DNA of 64,000 nucleotides from Candidatus Aminicenantes bacterium (GTDB lineage Bacteria > Acidobacteriota > Aminicenantia > Aminicenantales > Saccharicenantaceae), in the NCBI GenBank assembly GCA_963717865.1, contig CAVQXL010000004.1, positions 941,840 through 1,005,839 on the forward strand. Direction: 5' to 3'. Positions 1 to 10,463 of the stretch are shown here, one piece after another. The position numbers and the translations under genes are program-made. The notes beneath the pieces are model-generated. The model saw only the letters and a program-made list of their open reading frames with translations. It was not told the origin of the DNA and searched no databases. Numbering within the stretch: position 1 is the stretch's first letter; each line of letters starts with the position of its first letter.

Positions 1-107
1 ATTTCCCCGGAGCTCGAGAGACTGCGCCCTCGTCTGCGTCACGGAGCAGCACTCGAAGGAGCGATATCGATAGGCTGGCCGGGGCGCTCGAGGAGGTGCT
101 CCGATGA
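1..107 (+). CDS. gcvPA: glycine dehydrogenase (decarboxylating) subunit 1, C-terminal end (partial, one frame change)
   Basis: One frame reads ..ALVCVTEQHSKE and the next reads [14 protein letters not shown]-stop (TGA 105-107), a typical GcvPA C-terminus. ATGA overlap with the gcvPB start at 104. Confidence 0.6.
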   Translation, partial: FPGARETAPSSASRSSTRRSDIDRLAGALEEVLR

Positions 108-1566
108 TCCGCGAAATGCGCGAACCGCTGGCCTTCGAGCTCAGCTCGGAGGGAAAGCGGGCCTTCCGGGCGCGAGAAGCTGGATGTCCCCGAACGCAAG
201 GACGTCCTCGAGGGGGTCGCCGTCCGGGAGGCGATCGACGGGTTCCCCGAGCTCTCCGAGGTCGAGGTCACCCGCCACTTCACCCGTCTCTCCCAGACGA
301 ATTACTGCGTGGACCTGGGGTTCTACCCCCTGGGCTCCTGCACGATGAAATACAATCCCAAGGTCAACGAGAAGGTAGCGGCCCTCCCCGGCTTCACGGG
401 CACCCACCCCAACGCCCCCGAGGAGCTCGTCCAGGGGAACCTGCGCCTTCTCAAGACAGGTCGAGCGACCTGCTCGGCGAGATCACCGGGCATGGACGCG
501 TTCACCCTCCAGCCCGCCGCCGGCGCCCACGGCGAGCTCACCGGCATGATGCTCATCCGGGCCGCCCTCGAGGCGCGGGGGAACGCCCGCAAGTACGTCC
601 TCATCCCGGATTCGGCCCACGGGACGAACCCGTCGAGCGCCCATATCTGCGGCTACACGGTCAAGGAGATCAAGTCGAACGAGAAGGGGACCATCGACCT
701 CGAGGACCTGGCCCGCTTCATGAACGAGGACGTGGCCGCCCTGATGGTCACCAATCCCAATACGCTCGGCGTCTTCGAGTCGGACATCTGCCGGATCGCC
801 GAGATCGTCCATTCCAAGGGAGGATTCCTCTACATGGACGGCGCCAATATGAACGCCCTGACCGGCATCGTCCGGCCCGGGGGACATGGGCGTCGACGTC
901 CTCCACCTCAACCTCCACAAGACCTTCTCGACCCCGCACGGCGGCGGCGGCCCCGGCTCCGGCCCCGTCGGCGTGAAGAAGGAGCTGGAGCCTTATCTCC
1001 CGGTCCCGGTCATCGAGGAGAAGGACGGCCGGTTCATCGTGGATCGGGGACAGGCCCAGTTCCATCGGCCGGGTGAAGAGCTTCTACGGGAACTTCCTGG
1101 TCATCGTCCGGGCCCTGGCCTATATCCTCAACCTGGGCCCCGAAGGGGTCCGGGAGATCGCCGAGACCGCCGTCCTCAACGCCAACTACATCCGCAAGAG
1201 CCTGGAGGGCGACTATTCACCTGAAGTATCCCGCCGCGACCCTCCATGAATGCGTCTTCTCGGACAAATACCAGAAGGAGCACGGCGTCTCGAACCTCGA
1301 CATCGCCAAGCGGCTGATCGACTATCGGGCTCCATCCCCCGACGATGTCGTTCCCGCTCATCGTCCACGGCGCGCTTATGATCGAGCCGACCGAGACGGA
1401 GAGCAAGCGGGACCTGGACCGGTTCATCGAGGCCATGAAGGCCATCGCCAAGGAGGCCGTCGAGGACCCCGAGGTCCTGCACGCGGCGCCTCACGCCACT
1501 TACGTCCGGCGCCTGGACGAGACCGCGGCCGCCCGCACTCCCGTCCTGAAGTGGGAGAAGAAATAG
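104..1566 (+). CDS. gcvPB: glycine dehydrogenase (decarboxylating) subunit 2, disrupted by multiple frame changes in this assembly
   Basis: Consecutive GcvPB segments lie in track ORFs 104-, 309-1076, 886-1224 and 1345-1566 ([63 protein letters not shown]). At least six frame changes are needed to join them. Confidence 0.9.
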
Positions 1567-2418
1567 ATGGCTCTCCAGGACCTGATCCTGAAGCTCCAGG
1601 CCTACTGGGCCGGGGCAGGGATGTTACCTGGCCCCGACCTACGATCTGGAGGTGGGCGCGGGGACCATGACCCCGGACACGTTCTTCCGGGTCCTGGGCA
1701 AGAAGCCCTGGAACGTCGCCTACGTCCAGCCGGCGCGCCGGCCGACCGACGGCCGGTACGGGGAGAACCCCCACCGCGTCCAGAAGCACCACCAGTTCCA
1801 GGTCATCATGAAGCCCGCCCCGGCGGACATCCAGGCGATCTACGTCCAGAGCCTCTCGGCGCTCGGGATCGAGCTCCGGGACCACGACCTGCGCTTCGAC
1901 GAGGACGACTGGGAGTCGCCGACCATCGGCGCCTGGGGCGTCGGCTGGCAGGTCATGCTCGACGGGCTGGAGATCTCCCAGTTCACCTATTTCCAGCAGG
2001 CCGGCGGGATCGAGCTCTCTCCCGTCCCGGTCGAGATCACCTACGGGCTGGAGCGGCTGGAGATGTTCCTGGAGCAGAAGGACGACATCTACGACCTCGA
2101 CTGGTCGAAGGACGTGACCTATCGCGACCTTCGGCTCGCCGAGGAGAAGGAGTTCTCGGAGTACAATTTCAACGGCGGCCGACACGTCCCTCCTCAGGAG
2201 CTGCTTCCAGGCCTGTGAGAAGGAAGCGGCTGCGCTCATCGAAAAGGGCCTGCTCCTTCCGGCCTACGACATGTGCCTGAAGTGCTCCCATCTCTTCAAC
2301 CTGCTCGACGCGCGGGGGGCCATCAGCGTCACCGAACGGGTCAAGATGATCGCCCGGATCCGGGTCCCAGGTCAACGAGATCGCCCAGAGATTCACGGCT
2401 TCGGGAAGGGGAGCCTGA
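1567..2418 (+). CDS. glyQ: glycine--tRNA ligase alpha subunit, frameshifted in this assembly
   Basis: [55 protein letters not shown] and [14 protein letters not shown] are spread over ORFs 1567-, 1652-2218 and 2271-. Reconstructed stop is TGA 2416-2418. Confidence 0.9.
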
Positions 2419-4532
2419 TGGAATTCCTGCTTGGAGATCCTGACCGAAGAACTGCCCGCCTCCCACGTCCGGACCGGCCTTGGAACAGCTCGACGCGAAG
2501 TTCCGGGCCGAGCTCAGAGTCGGCCGGGATCGCCGTCCAGGAGCTCGAGACCTGCGGCACATGCCGGCGGCTCGCCGTCACGGCGGACCTCGCCGCGGGA
2601 CAGGAGGACGCCGGCGTCGTCGTCACCGGGCCGCCCAAGTCCACGGCGCTCCTCGCCGACGGGACCTATTCTCCGGCCGCCCTGGGATTCGCCAAGGCCA
2701 AGGGCATCCCGGTAGAGGCCCTCGAGATCGTGTCAAACGCCGCGCGGCGAGTATCTGGGGATACGAGGACGGTCCGGAAGGGCAAGTCCGCCGCGGAGAT
2801 CCTGACCGGCTCCATCCCGGGGATCATCGCCTCGTTATCCTTTCCCCAAGACGATGCGCTGGAGGGAAAGCCCCTTCAGGTTCTCGCGGCCGATCAAGGG
2901 CCTCCTCTGCCCTTTGTGACGGAAAGGTCCTCCCGTTCAGTATTGGAGGGGATGACGGCTTCCGATATCGACCGTCGGCCATCCCATCTTTGCCCCCGGA
3001 CCCGTCCGAGTCACGGGGATCTCCGATTACAGGGACAAGCTCGACAAAGCCCTGGTGATCGTCGATCTCGAGGAGCGGCGGAAGACGATCCTCGCCCAGA
3101 TCGAGGAGAGGCTGGCTCCCCTCAAGGCCCGGATCTACCCCGACGACGAGCTCCTCGACAGGCTGGCTTACAACGTCGAATTCCCCTTCGTCATCCTGGG
3201 CGCGTTCCCGGACCAATACCTGGAGCTTGCCCATCGAGGTCCTGGCCACGGCGATGCGCGAAGGCCAGAAGCTCTTTTCCGTCGTCAAGGACAGGAAGCA
3301 GCTGCCGGTCTTTCTCGGGAGTCGCCGATGTCCCCGGGGACCCCAAGGGGCTCATCCGCACGGGCAACGAGCGCGTCCTCAAGGCGCGGCTCGAGGACGC
3401 CCGGTTCTTCTGGGCAGCAGGACGTCCGGAAACCCCTGGCCGACAGGGCCGCCGGGCTGAAGAACGTCGTTTACCAGGAGAAGCTGGGGAGCTACGAGGA
3501 CAAGGCCCAGCGGCTGAAGAAGATCGTCGGGTACCTCTGCGATAGGACGGATGCCGCAAAGGTCAAGAAGGAGGCCGTCGAGGCCGCCGGGCTGTGCAAG
3601 GCCGACCTCCTGACCGACATGGTCCGGGAGTTCCCCTCGCTCCAGGGCAAGATGGGCGGGCTCTATGCCGAAGACCGAAGGATATCCCGCGGCCGTCCAC
3701 CAGGCCATCTACGAGCATTACCTCCCCGCGAGCCTGGAGGACGAGATCCCGTCGTCGATGACGGGCGCCCTGGTCTCCCTGGCCGACAAGATCGATTCGA
3801 TCGTCGGGGTCGTCGGCGTCGGCCTCCAGGTCTCGGGCTCGAGCGATCCGTTCGGCCTGCGCCGGAACGCCCACGGCGTCTGCGCAGATCATCATCGGGA
3901 AGAAGCTCGACCTTTCGTTCCCCCTTCTCCTCGACAAGGTCCTTTCGGTCTACGGCGACAAGCTCCTCGGGCCCAAAGCCGAGGTCAAGGCCGCATGCCT
4001 CGAGTTCTTCGCGGGGCGGCTCCGCTACATCTTCGAGAAGCAGGGCTTCCGTTACGACCTCATCAAAGCCGCCCTCGGGCCGGGCATCGACCGCATCGCG
4101 CACTCATCCCGGCGGATCAAGGCCCTCGACGGCCTCAAGTCGAGCCCCGATTTCGAGCCCTTCATCCTCATGGCCAAGCGGATCAACAACATCCTCAAGG
4201 AGGCCCCGGCCTGTCGGCTCGACCCCGAGCTCTTCGTCGAGAAAGAGGAGCGGGAGCTCCACTCGAACTTCGTCATCATCCGGGACAACGTCGAGCCGAT
4301 GATCGAGAAGGGGGATTTCGCCCGGGCCCAGAGCATCATCTTCAGGCTCCAGCCCTCGCTCAACGCCTTTTTCGACAAGGTCCTCGTGATGGCGGAGGAC
4401 AAGAAGGTCCGGCAGAACCGGCTGGCGCTCCTCCAGGCCATCCGAAAGCTCCTCCTCCAGGTCGCGGACTACTCCCGGTCGTGGTCGAGGGAGAGAGGAA
4501 CGGCAAGCCGGGAAGTTCCCGCTAGATACTGA
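2418..4532 (+). CDS. glyS: glycine--tRNA ligase beta subunit, many frame changes in this assembly
   Basis: ATG 2418 forms a TGATG overlap with glyQ. The N-terminus reads [17 protein letters not shown] once the GG run at 2433-2434 is corrected. Later segments are in ORFs 2271-3545, 3055-4302, 3665-4525 and 4170-4532 ([21 protein letters not shown]; [21 protein letters not shown]). The exact 3' end is uncertain. Confidence 0.85.
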
Positions 4533-4957
4533 ACTCGCTGTTGTTCCCGGTGCCGCCCTGGTCCCCGGGCTCGATGAACTTCTGCTCCAGGGCGATGATC
4601 TTGACCAGGGCTCCGGGATAGTTCTGGTCCTTCTTTTCCCCGTAGGCGCTGAACTGGACGCCCGACCTGGAATTTATAGCTTTTGCCGGGGTTGAACGAG
4701 GACCAGCGGACGTGTCCTCTGAGGTTGAGCGGGATGCGCTCCCCGGGGATGGAGATCTGAAGGACGACCCGGGCCTTGAACTTGAGAGGCTTCTGGGTCA
4801 GGAAACGGACGCCGCCCCGGCTGATGTCGAGGACCGGGCAGAATTCCTGCTCGAAACCCTTGGGGGGGAAGAAACGCCGTTCCCTCTGGTAGGAAATCGT
4901 CGCGCCGGGGATCTTGAAGCGCTGGCATAGACGTCTTTCAATCCCCTTGTCGGACAT
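4522..4957 (-). CDS. PilZ domain protein (one frame change near 4660-4680)
   Basis: ORF 4469-4957 has the c-di-GMP binding motifs RRLCQR and DISRGGVRF. The C-terminal part continues in another frame to TAG at 4522-4524. Confidence 0.75.
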
Positions 4958-5020
4958 GGCGAACCTCCCGTCTCATCGGAACCTGTTACCCGGAAAACAT
5001 ACATCAATCACCGGGGGCTG

Positions 5021-6115
5021 TCAAAGAGTTCTTGCCGCCCGCTCCCTGGCGACGGTCCCGTTGGACGCCTCGAGGGAGACGGACGCCCTATATCGGAGCT
5101 CCGTCCCGGAGGGGCCGGGCCGGGTGAAGGAGAACCCCAGGGCCTGGGTCCTCCTGTAGGACGGGGGCGAGACGGAAGCCAGTTTCCGCTTCTTGCCGAT
5201 GTCCCGGATGGCCTGGATGGCCAAGGAGACGGCGTCGAGGATGGAGACCTGGTTGAACTGGGGCGCGTCCTTTCGCGGGACCATGAAGGGCTTGGTCCCC
5301 CAGGGGGACGGGCCGGGGATGGGGATCTTCAACGGAGCGGGCTTGGCGGAGAGCTTCTTGCTGGTGAGGATGAGCTTGTCGCCCACGTAGAGGGACACCT
5401 CGCCCTCGACCGCACGGGGCGCGGGCGGGGCGGGACGGCCGGCGGCGGGCGCGACCGGCGGGAAGGAGATCGCCGACGACGACTCGACGTCGACCTTGAC
5501 CGTGATGCGCTTCCGGACAACCAGCTCCGCGACCTTGAGGTCCAGGTCGAAGGAGATCTCTCCGGACCTGTCGTATCCGCTCGAGAACGGCAGGCGGAGG
5601 ATGTGGAAGCCTCCCTGCCAGAGGCCTCCGGCGAGAGTGCCTCCGTCGCCCGAGACCCTGTAGTAAGCCTCGTTCAAGAGATCGAGACCGACCTCGAGCC
5701 GGTCGGGAGGGGAGGGGTCGTTCTCTCCGGCCCTTTCGAGGAGCACGAACCCCGAGGCCAAGGGATAGCTGGTTTTCCACGTTCCCCAAAATACCATGAA
5801 CTCCCGCCCCATGGCGTCGTCCAGAAAGTCGAAGGCCGGTTCGACGTCCCCGTAGGTCTCGAAGCAGGCGACGACCCGTTCGAGTTCGTCCCGGGGATCA
5901 CCGGCCTTCCGGGCGAGGAACGCGAGGAACTCCGCGGCGGTCGGCTTCTCCTCGGGGTCCAGGCCGTCGAAGCTTTCGCGCAGATAGGTCCGCGCCGCGC
6001 CGACGTCGCGCCGGGGCGGGTCGAGGAGCGCCCTGACATCGGTCTTCCAGTCGGCGGAGAGGGCCGTCGCCGAAAGGAGGCCGGCGAGGAAAAGGGCGGC
6101 GGGTCTCTTAGTCAT
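5021..6115 (-). CDS. secreted hypothetical protein
   Basis: This is the in-frame part of ORF 5021-6238. ATG at 6115 gives the signal-peptide-like MTKRPAALFLAGLLSATALSA. I recognise no family. The start overlaps the upstream TonB-family gene stop by 8 nt. Confidence 0.6.
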   Translation of the reverse strand: MTKRPAALFLAGLLSATALSADWKTDVRALLDPPRRDVGAARTYLRESFDGLDPEEKPTAAEFLAFLARKAGDPRDELERVVACFETYGDVEPAFDFLDDAMGREFMVFWGTWKTSYPLASGFVLLERAGENDPSPPDRLEVGLDLLNEAYYRVSGDGGTLAGGLWQGGFHILRLPFSSGYDRSGEISFDLDLKVAELVVRKRITVKVDVESSSAISFPPVAPAAGRPAPPAPRAVEGEVSLYVGDKLILTSKKLSAKPAPLKIPIPGPSPWGTKPFMVPRKDAPQFNQVSILDAVSLAIQAIRDIGKKRKLASVSPPSYRRTQALGFSFTRPGPSGTELRYRASVSLEASNGTVARERAARTL

Positions 6116-7059
6116 GATATGCGAACACGAATTCGGCCGGGAGGTTCGAGGCGGGGAAATCGTCGGGCAGGGGAGGCAGGGGGGCGCTCGCCCGCAGGGC
6201 GGCTTCTGCGGCGGCGTTGAAGACTTCGAGCTCCGCAAGCTCGGTCACCTCGAACGCCGAGAATGCGCCGCTTTTCTCGATGGTGACGGCGATCCGGACC
6301 TCGCTCCTTCCCGTGACATTCAGGGCGCTCGGGATGGCCCAGTTAAGCTGGACCCGGTCCATGACCTTGGCCGCCCAAGGGGAGATGTCGTAACCCGGGG
6401 ACTGGAACACGGCGCTCGCCCGCTGTCCGACTTCCTCCCGTCCCCCCGCCGGCCCCGGAACCGCGGCGTCCGCGGTCACGGGAGGTCGCGAGCCCGGGCA
6501 GGACATACCCTCGGAACGACCGGCCGCTCGGGACACCGCCCTCGAAGCCCATGGGGGCGTCCTGGACGTGGTCTGGAATGGCTAGAAGGTTGATCCGGAG
6601 CCTTCCGTCCCCTTCGTCCGCGTACCGCGAACCCAGGGCGAGACTGCCGCTCAGGGATTCCCCGGAAGAAGGCGGGGTCCCGGGCGCGTTCTTCATGAGG
6701 TTATCGGGAGCGAGCCCGGACCTCGGGCCCGCTTCATCCGGATTCGAAGACTCGGGGGATGCCCCCGGCGCCGGGGCCGGGCGGGCGACCTGCCGGCGCG
6801 TCCCGAGCTCGAACGGTCCGGGCGCGGGGGAATTCCGTATGTAATCCTCTATGCGCTCCGGGACGACCATCCGGACCGGGGGAGCGAGCCGGACGTTCCG
6901 GACCTCCCTGCCGAAGGTCAGGATCTTGATCGTCCCCCTGGCGTGATACAAGCCGTAAATAAGGAGGGCGTGAAGGGCCAGCGAAATGGCGAGGCTCGCG
7001 GCCCGCCTTTTATAGAAAGGCTTCCGTTCCGGCTCTTCCGGTAAGAATCCGTCTCTCAA
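6108..7059 (-). CDS. energy transducer TonB-family protein (one frame change between 6343 and 6536)
   Basis: It has an N-terminal membrane anchor (AASLAISLALHALLIYGL), a Pro-rich linker and a TonB C-terminal-like domain (VQLNWAIP..GRSEVRIAVTIEKSG..). The two parts are in ORFs 6343-7059 and 6108-6536. Confidence 0.7.
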
Positions 7060-7078
7060 AACTCATACCTTCCAGACT

Positions 7079-7107
7079 ATTATATAGAAATGCCTTGCTC
7101 CCGACAA
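7079..7107 (-). promoter_or_regulatory. sigma70-like promoter for the TonB-family operon (TTGTCG-17-TATAAT)
   Basis: On the minus strand the -35 is 7107-7102 and the -10 is 7084-7079, with a 17-nt spacer, about 20 nt upstream of the 7059 start. Confidence 0.4.
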
Positions 7108-7181
7108 AGTTGCATAGGGACATGCGCCAGGCGGCTTTCCCCGTCGTTATAACGAAGCTTGCTTCGAGGCCGAAGCCCTGA

Positions 7182-9383
7182 CTAGAGGCCCCGATGGCCG
7201 CCCGGGACTTCAGGACGCGGATAAGCTGCGATGAAGATGAAGCAGAATGCGTTCATGAGGAACAGGGCGTCGAAGAGGGGTAGTATCCCGGCCAGCGGGA
7301 TGAGCAGGGCGGAGGCCGAGAGGGCCCCGAGGAAGGACCCCAGGAGGTCTGCCCCATAGGCCAGGCCGGTCCTTCGGGGACCGGCGGGGACGGCCCGTGC
7401 GGAAGCAACGAATAGTCGCCCCCCCAGCACCCCGAGGGCGAGGAGCAGGATATAGAAAAGGGCCTCCGGGGCCCGGTTCGCCAGGGAGATCCTGAACGCC
7501 GCGACGATGATCAGGAAGCCGGCCAAAGGCGCCAGGAGGCTCGGGGTTCCCCCGGGCTTTCCGGGGCGCCGGGGCCACGCCCCGAGGAACAAGCCGCCCA
7601 TGAACGCGGAGAGAAGAAGCGAGAGCTTTCCATAGACGTATCCGAAAAAGGACTGGAAAGCGATGAATGCGGCCAGCTCGGCGACGATGGTCGTGAAGCC
7701 CATGGTCCAGGCGGCCACAAGGGGAAGCGCGGCCCGCCGTTTCTTCCGGAGCGCGAGGAGCGAAAGAAAAAAGACATAGACGAAAAGGGGAACCCCGAGG
7801 AGGGCCGGGACCGGGATCCGCTCAAAAGATCGGAGCATCCCGGATTCGAAGCCCCGGAATTGACTGCTCCAAAGCACAGAATAGAAGTAATAGGCCGCCG
7901 GAGCGAGGTCCCGATTGAGGCGTACCGGTCCCGCGCCGATGCTTTCCGCGAGCCGTTCCATCCGCAGGGGGTTCAGGCGCGCGGAAAGAAGCCCGGCGTT
8001 GATGGAGAGGAGCGGCAGTCCGAGCTCTTCGATCCGCCGCTCGAGGATCTTCGGATCGAGGGTGAGGGGGGCCGAAGACGCCAGGAATACGTTCGCGTTG
8101 CCGGGGACCACCCGGACCTCGGGAAAGACGGACCGAAGCGTCGCATAAAGGGACGACAGGAAACGCCGGAGGTCGGCCCCCAAAGAGTCCTCGGAGGAAG
8201 GGACTACGAAGGAGAAGACCCCGGCGGACGCGAGCCGCGAGCGGGCCAGGACGAAGAATTCTTTCGTGTAGAACCGGTTGATCTGGGCGGTCGCGGGCTC
8301 GGGCAGGTTCAGGATGATGACGTCGTATCGCTCTTTCCCTCCTCGAAGGAACCCGACCCCGTCCCCCCTGTGGACGTTGACCCTCGGGTCCCGAAGGGCG
8401 GTCCGGTCCTTCTCCGGAAGCATGGCCTCCGCCATGCGGATGATCCCCGGGTCGAGCTCCACGGAGTCCGCCGAGACGTTCGGATATTTCAGGACCTCGC
8501 CGATCCCGCCGCCGACGCCCCCGCCGATGAGCAGGACCTTTCGGGCTCCCGGGTCCTGGAGCATCGCGAAGTGGACGGGCGTTTCGGCCGCGGCCGGGTC
8601 CGGGGTCGTAAGGACGGGAATTCCGCTGGCATAGAGCGACAGCTGATCGCCGGTCCTGACCGCTTGGAGCTTCGCATAGGGCGTATCCCGGCTCCCGACG
8701 AGCTCGAAGGGCTTCCACCATATCTTTTGGGAGGACAAGTCGCCGGCGAAGAATGCCGCGAGGAGGGCCATGACCGCCAGGGGGGCCAGGGGACGCTTCC
8801 TCCGCCCGAAGATCAGGAAGGCGCCCGTGGCCGCGATCCCGGCCGCGAGAGCGGCGCCCTGCCAATTCGTGACGAGGGGAATGAGGCCCAGCGAAACGGT
8901 CAGGCCGGCGGCAACGGCCCCGAGGGACTCGAAAGCGTACACGCGGGGCACGTCGGCGCCGGGCAGTCTGGCGATGAGGGCGAAGAGGACACCAAGGGGG
9001 AAGCTGGAGACGAAGCCTATCGCCGCGGCGGCGGCAAGGGCAGGCGCCATGCCGGTCAATTCTCCGGGCAGGGTTCCCATAGCGAACCGGGAGAACCTCA
9101 GGGCGACGAGGCCCATCGGGAAGAGGAGGGCGACGGCATAAAAAAGCCGTTCGATCCGCTCTTTCGAGCCGGCGAAACGGGGGCCGGCGAGGCTCCCAAG
9201 GCCCCCCCAGAACAGCCAGCTGGCCAGGACGATGCCGTAAACCAGCTCGTTCCCCGAAAAATGGGCGGAGAACTCCCGGAGGAGATAGATCTGGAAGGCC
9301 GTTGCGGTGAAACCGAGGAGGATCGCGGGCGCGTGGGCCGTCAGGCCCAGATCCCGGGGATTGGGGCGCCGCAGAAACCGCAT
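7182..9383 (-). CDS. polytopic membrane protein with central spermidine synthase-like (SAM methyltransferase-fold) domain
   Basis: Intact frame. Several N-terminal TM helices are followed by VLLIGGGVGGGIGEVLKY..VELDPGII..YDVIILNLPEPATAQINRFYT (SpeE-like), then about six C-terminal TM helices. ATG 9383 is chosen because the upstream part of ORF 7182-9647 overlaps the radical SAM gene. Confidence 0.75.
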   Translation of the reverse strand: MRFLRRPNPRDLGLTAHAPAILLGFTATAFQIYLLREFSAHFSGNELVYGIVLASWLFWGGLGSLAGPRFAGSKERIERLFYAVALLFPMGLVALRFSRFAMGTLPGELTGMAPALAAAAAIGFVSSFPLGVLFALIARLPGADVPRVYAFESLGAVAAGLTVSLGLIPLVTNWQGAALAAGIAATGAFLIFGRRKRPLAPLAVMALLAAFFAGDLSSQKIWWKPFELVGSRDTPYAKLQAVRTGDQLSLYASGIPVLTTPDPAAAETPVHFAMLQDPGARKVLLIGGGVGGGIGEVLKYPNVSADSVELDPGIIRMAEAMLPEKDRTALRDPRVNVHRGDGVGFLRGGKERYDVIILNLPEPATAQINRFYTKEFFVLARSRLASAGVFSFVVPSSEDSLGADLRRFLSSLYATLRSVFPEVRVVPGNANVFLASSAPLTLDPKILERRIEELGLPLLSINAGLLSARLNPLRMERLAESIGAGPVRLNRDLAPAAYYFYSVLWSSQFRGFESGMLRSFERIPVPALLGVPLFVYVFFLSLLALRKKRRAALPLVAAWTMGFTTIVAELAAFIAFQSFFGYVYGKLSLLLSAFMGGLFLGAWPRRPGKPGGTPSLLAPLAGFLIIVAAFRISLANRAPEALFYILLLALGVLGGRLFVASARAVPAGPRRTGLAYGADLLGSFLGALSASALLIPLAGILPLFDALFLMNAFCFIFIAAYPRPEVPGGHRGL

Positions 9384-10462
9384 TTCCCGCTCCTGATGTC
9401 GATCTTCCGGACGTCGTATCCCGACCTGGCGATGACCACGCGGCGGCAGTCGGGACAGCTCGTGCTTTCGGCCGCATGACCGGGGACGTTGCCGACATAG
9501 ACGTAGCGCAGGCCCTCTTCGAGCGCGATGCCGCGGGACCGCTCCAGCGTCGAGACCGGCGTCGGCGGGAGGTTCTTGACCAGGTACATGGGCTGGAAAC
9601 GGGAGAAGTGCAGGGGGACGTCCGGCCCGGCCTCCGCTTTCAGCCACCGGCTCATTTCCCGGATCTCCCCGGGAGAGTCGTTGAGAGTGGGGATGACAAG
9701 ATAGACGACCTCGAGCCAGACCTTGCTTCCGGCCACGATCCGGATCGCCTCGAGGACCGCCTCGAGATCTCCCCGGACGTATTCGGCGTAGAAGTCCTTG
9801 GAAAACGCCTTGAGGTCGATCTTGACCGCGTCCACGACTTCGAGAAGGTCCCGCAGAGGCTCCGGCTTGATGTGCCCGCCGGTGACGACGAGGTTCCGGA
9901 TCCGCTTCTTCCGGACGGCGACGGCCGCGTCGGCCATGTACTCGAAGAACACGACCGGTTCCGTGTAGGTGTAGGCGACCGAGGGACAGCCGTATCGTTC
10001 GGCCGACGCGGCGACGGCTTCGGGGGGGAGGTCGAAGTGCTCGACCTGTTCCGGGCGGACCTGGGAGATCTGCCAGTTCTGACAGAACTTGCAGTTCACG
10101 TTACAGCCCGCCGCGGCCAGGGAGAGGGCGTTCGTCCCGGGGAGGACGTGGAAGAAGGGTTTTTTCTCGACGGGGTCGACGTTGAGGCTGCAGGCCTTGC
10201 CGTAGACGAGGGTGTAATAGGTCCCGCCCTGATTCTCGCGGACGCCGCAATAGCCGCGCTCCTTGTCCCCCAGCCGGCATAGTCTCGGGCAGAGACTGCA
10301 TTCGATCTCTCGGTCGGGGAGCTTCCTGTAATAGCGGGCTTCGACATGGGAAAGCCCGGACGGCGCGGCAAAGGCTGCCATCTCCGAGCATAACGACGGC
10401 AGGCAGGTCCCCAGGACGAGGCCCGCGCCCGCGCCCTCCCGGATGAAACGTCGCCGGTCCAT
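9341..10462 (-). CDS. radical SAM enzyme, AmmeMemoRadiSam (AmrS)-like, with N-terminal twin-arginine signal
   Basis: The N-terminus MDRRRFIREGAGAGLVLG...AFAAPS matches a Tat motif plus h-region plus AxA site. It also has an N-terminal Cys cluster (CSLCPRLCRL..GYCGVR), the radical SAM box CNVNCKFCQNW, and a C-terminal CPDC..CGFCG ribbon. Intact frame. Confidence 0.8.
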   Translation of the reverse strand: MDRRRFIREGAGAGLVLGTCLPSLCSEMAAFAAPSGLSHVEARYYRKLPDREIECSLCPRLCRLGDKERGYCGVRENQGGTYYTLVYGKACSLNVDPVEKKPFFHVLPGTNALSLAAAGCNVNCKFCQNWQISQVRPEQVEHFDLPPEAVAASAERYGCPSVAYTYTEPVVFFEYMADAAVAVRKKRIRNLVVTGGHIKPEPLRDLLEVVDAVKIDLKAFSKDFYAEYVRGDLEAVLEAIRIVAGSKVWLEVVYLVIPTLNDSPGEIREMSRWLKAEAGPDVPLHFSRFQPMYLVKNLPPTPVSTLERSRGIALEEGLRYVYVGNVPGHAAESTSCPDCRRVVIARSGYDVRKIDIRSGKCGFCGAPIPGIWA

Positions 10463-10463
10463 G

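Noticed and set aside
1-4532. Frameshifts as programmed recoding, an alternative genetic code or genuine pseudogenisation
   Set aside because: The shifts go in both directions with no common slippery motif. They sit in short homopolymers and affect several essential single-copy genes at once, while neighbouring blocks are flawless. Apart from the canonical prfB site, sequencing or polishing error is the simpler explanation.
5021-6238. N-terminal 41-codon extension of the secreted protein ORF
   Set aside because: The extension overlaps the TonB-family gene and is Pro/Cys/Ser-rich. ATG 6115 gives a clean signal peptide.
7157-7176. Hairpin GCTTCG-AGGC-CGAAGC after the SpeE-like gene as an intrinsic terminator
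   Set aside because: The stem is only 6 bp and there is no following U-tract on the minus strand, so this is weak evidence. It may still pause transcription before the TonB-family promoter.
7822-9498. 558-aa minus-strand and 539-aa plus-strand ORFs (7822-9498, 7860-9479)
   Set aside because: They are alternative frames of the intact membrane SpeE-like gene. Arg/Pro/Gly-rich translations are expected from GC-rich third positions.
7182-9647. 88-codon N-terminal extension of the SpeE-like membrane protein
   Set aside because: It overlaps the 3' end of the radical SAM gene in another frame and is Arg/Pro-rich. ATG 9383 precedes the first TM helix.
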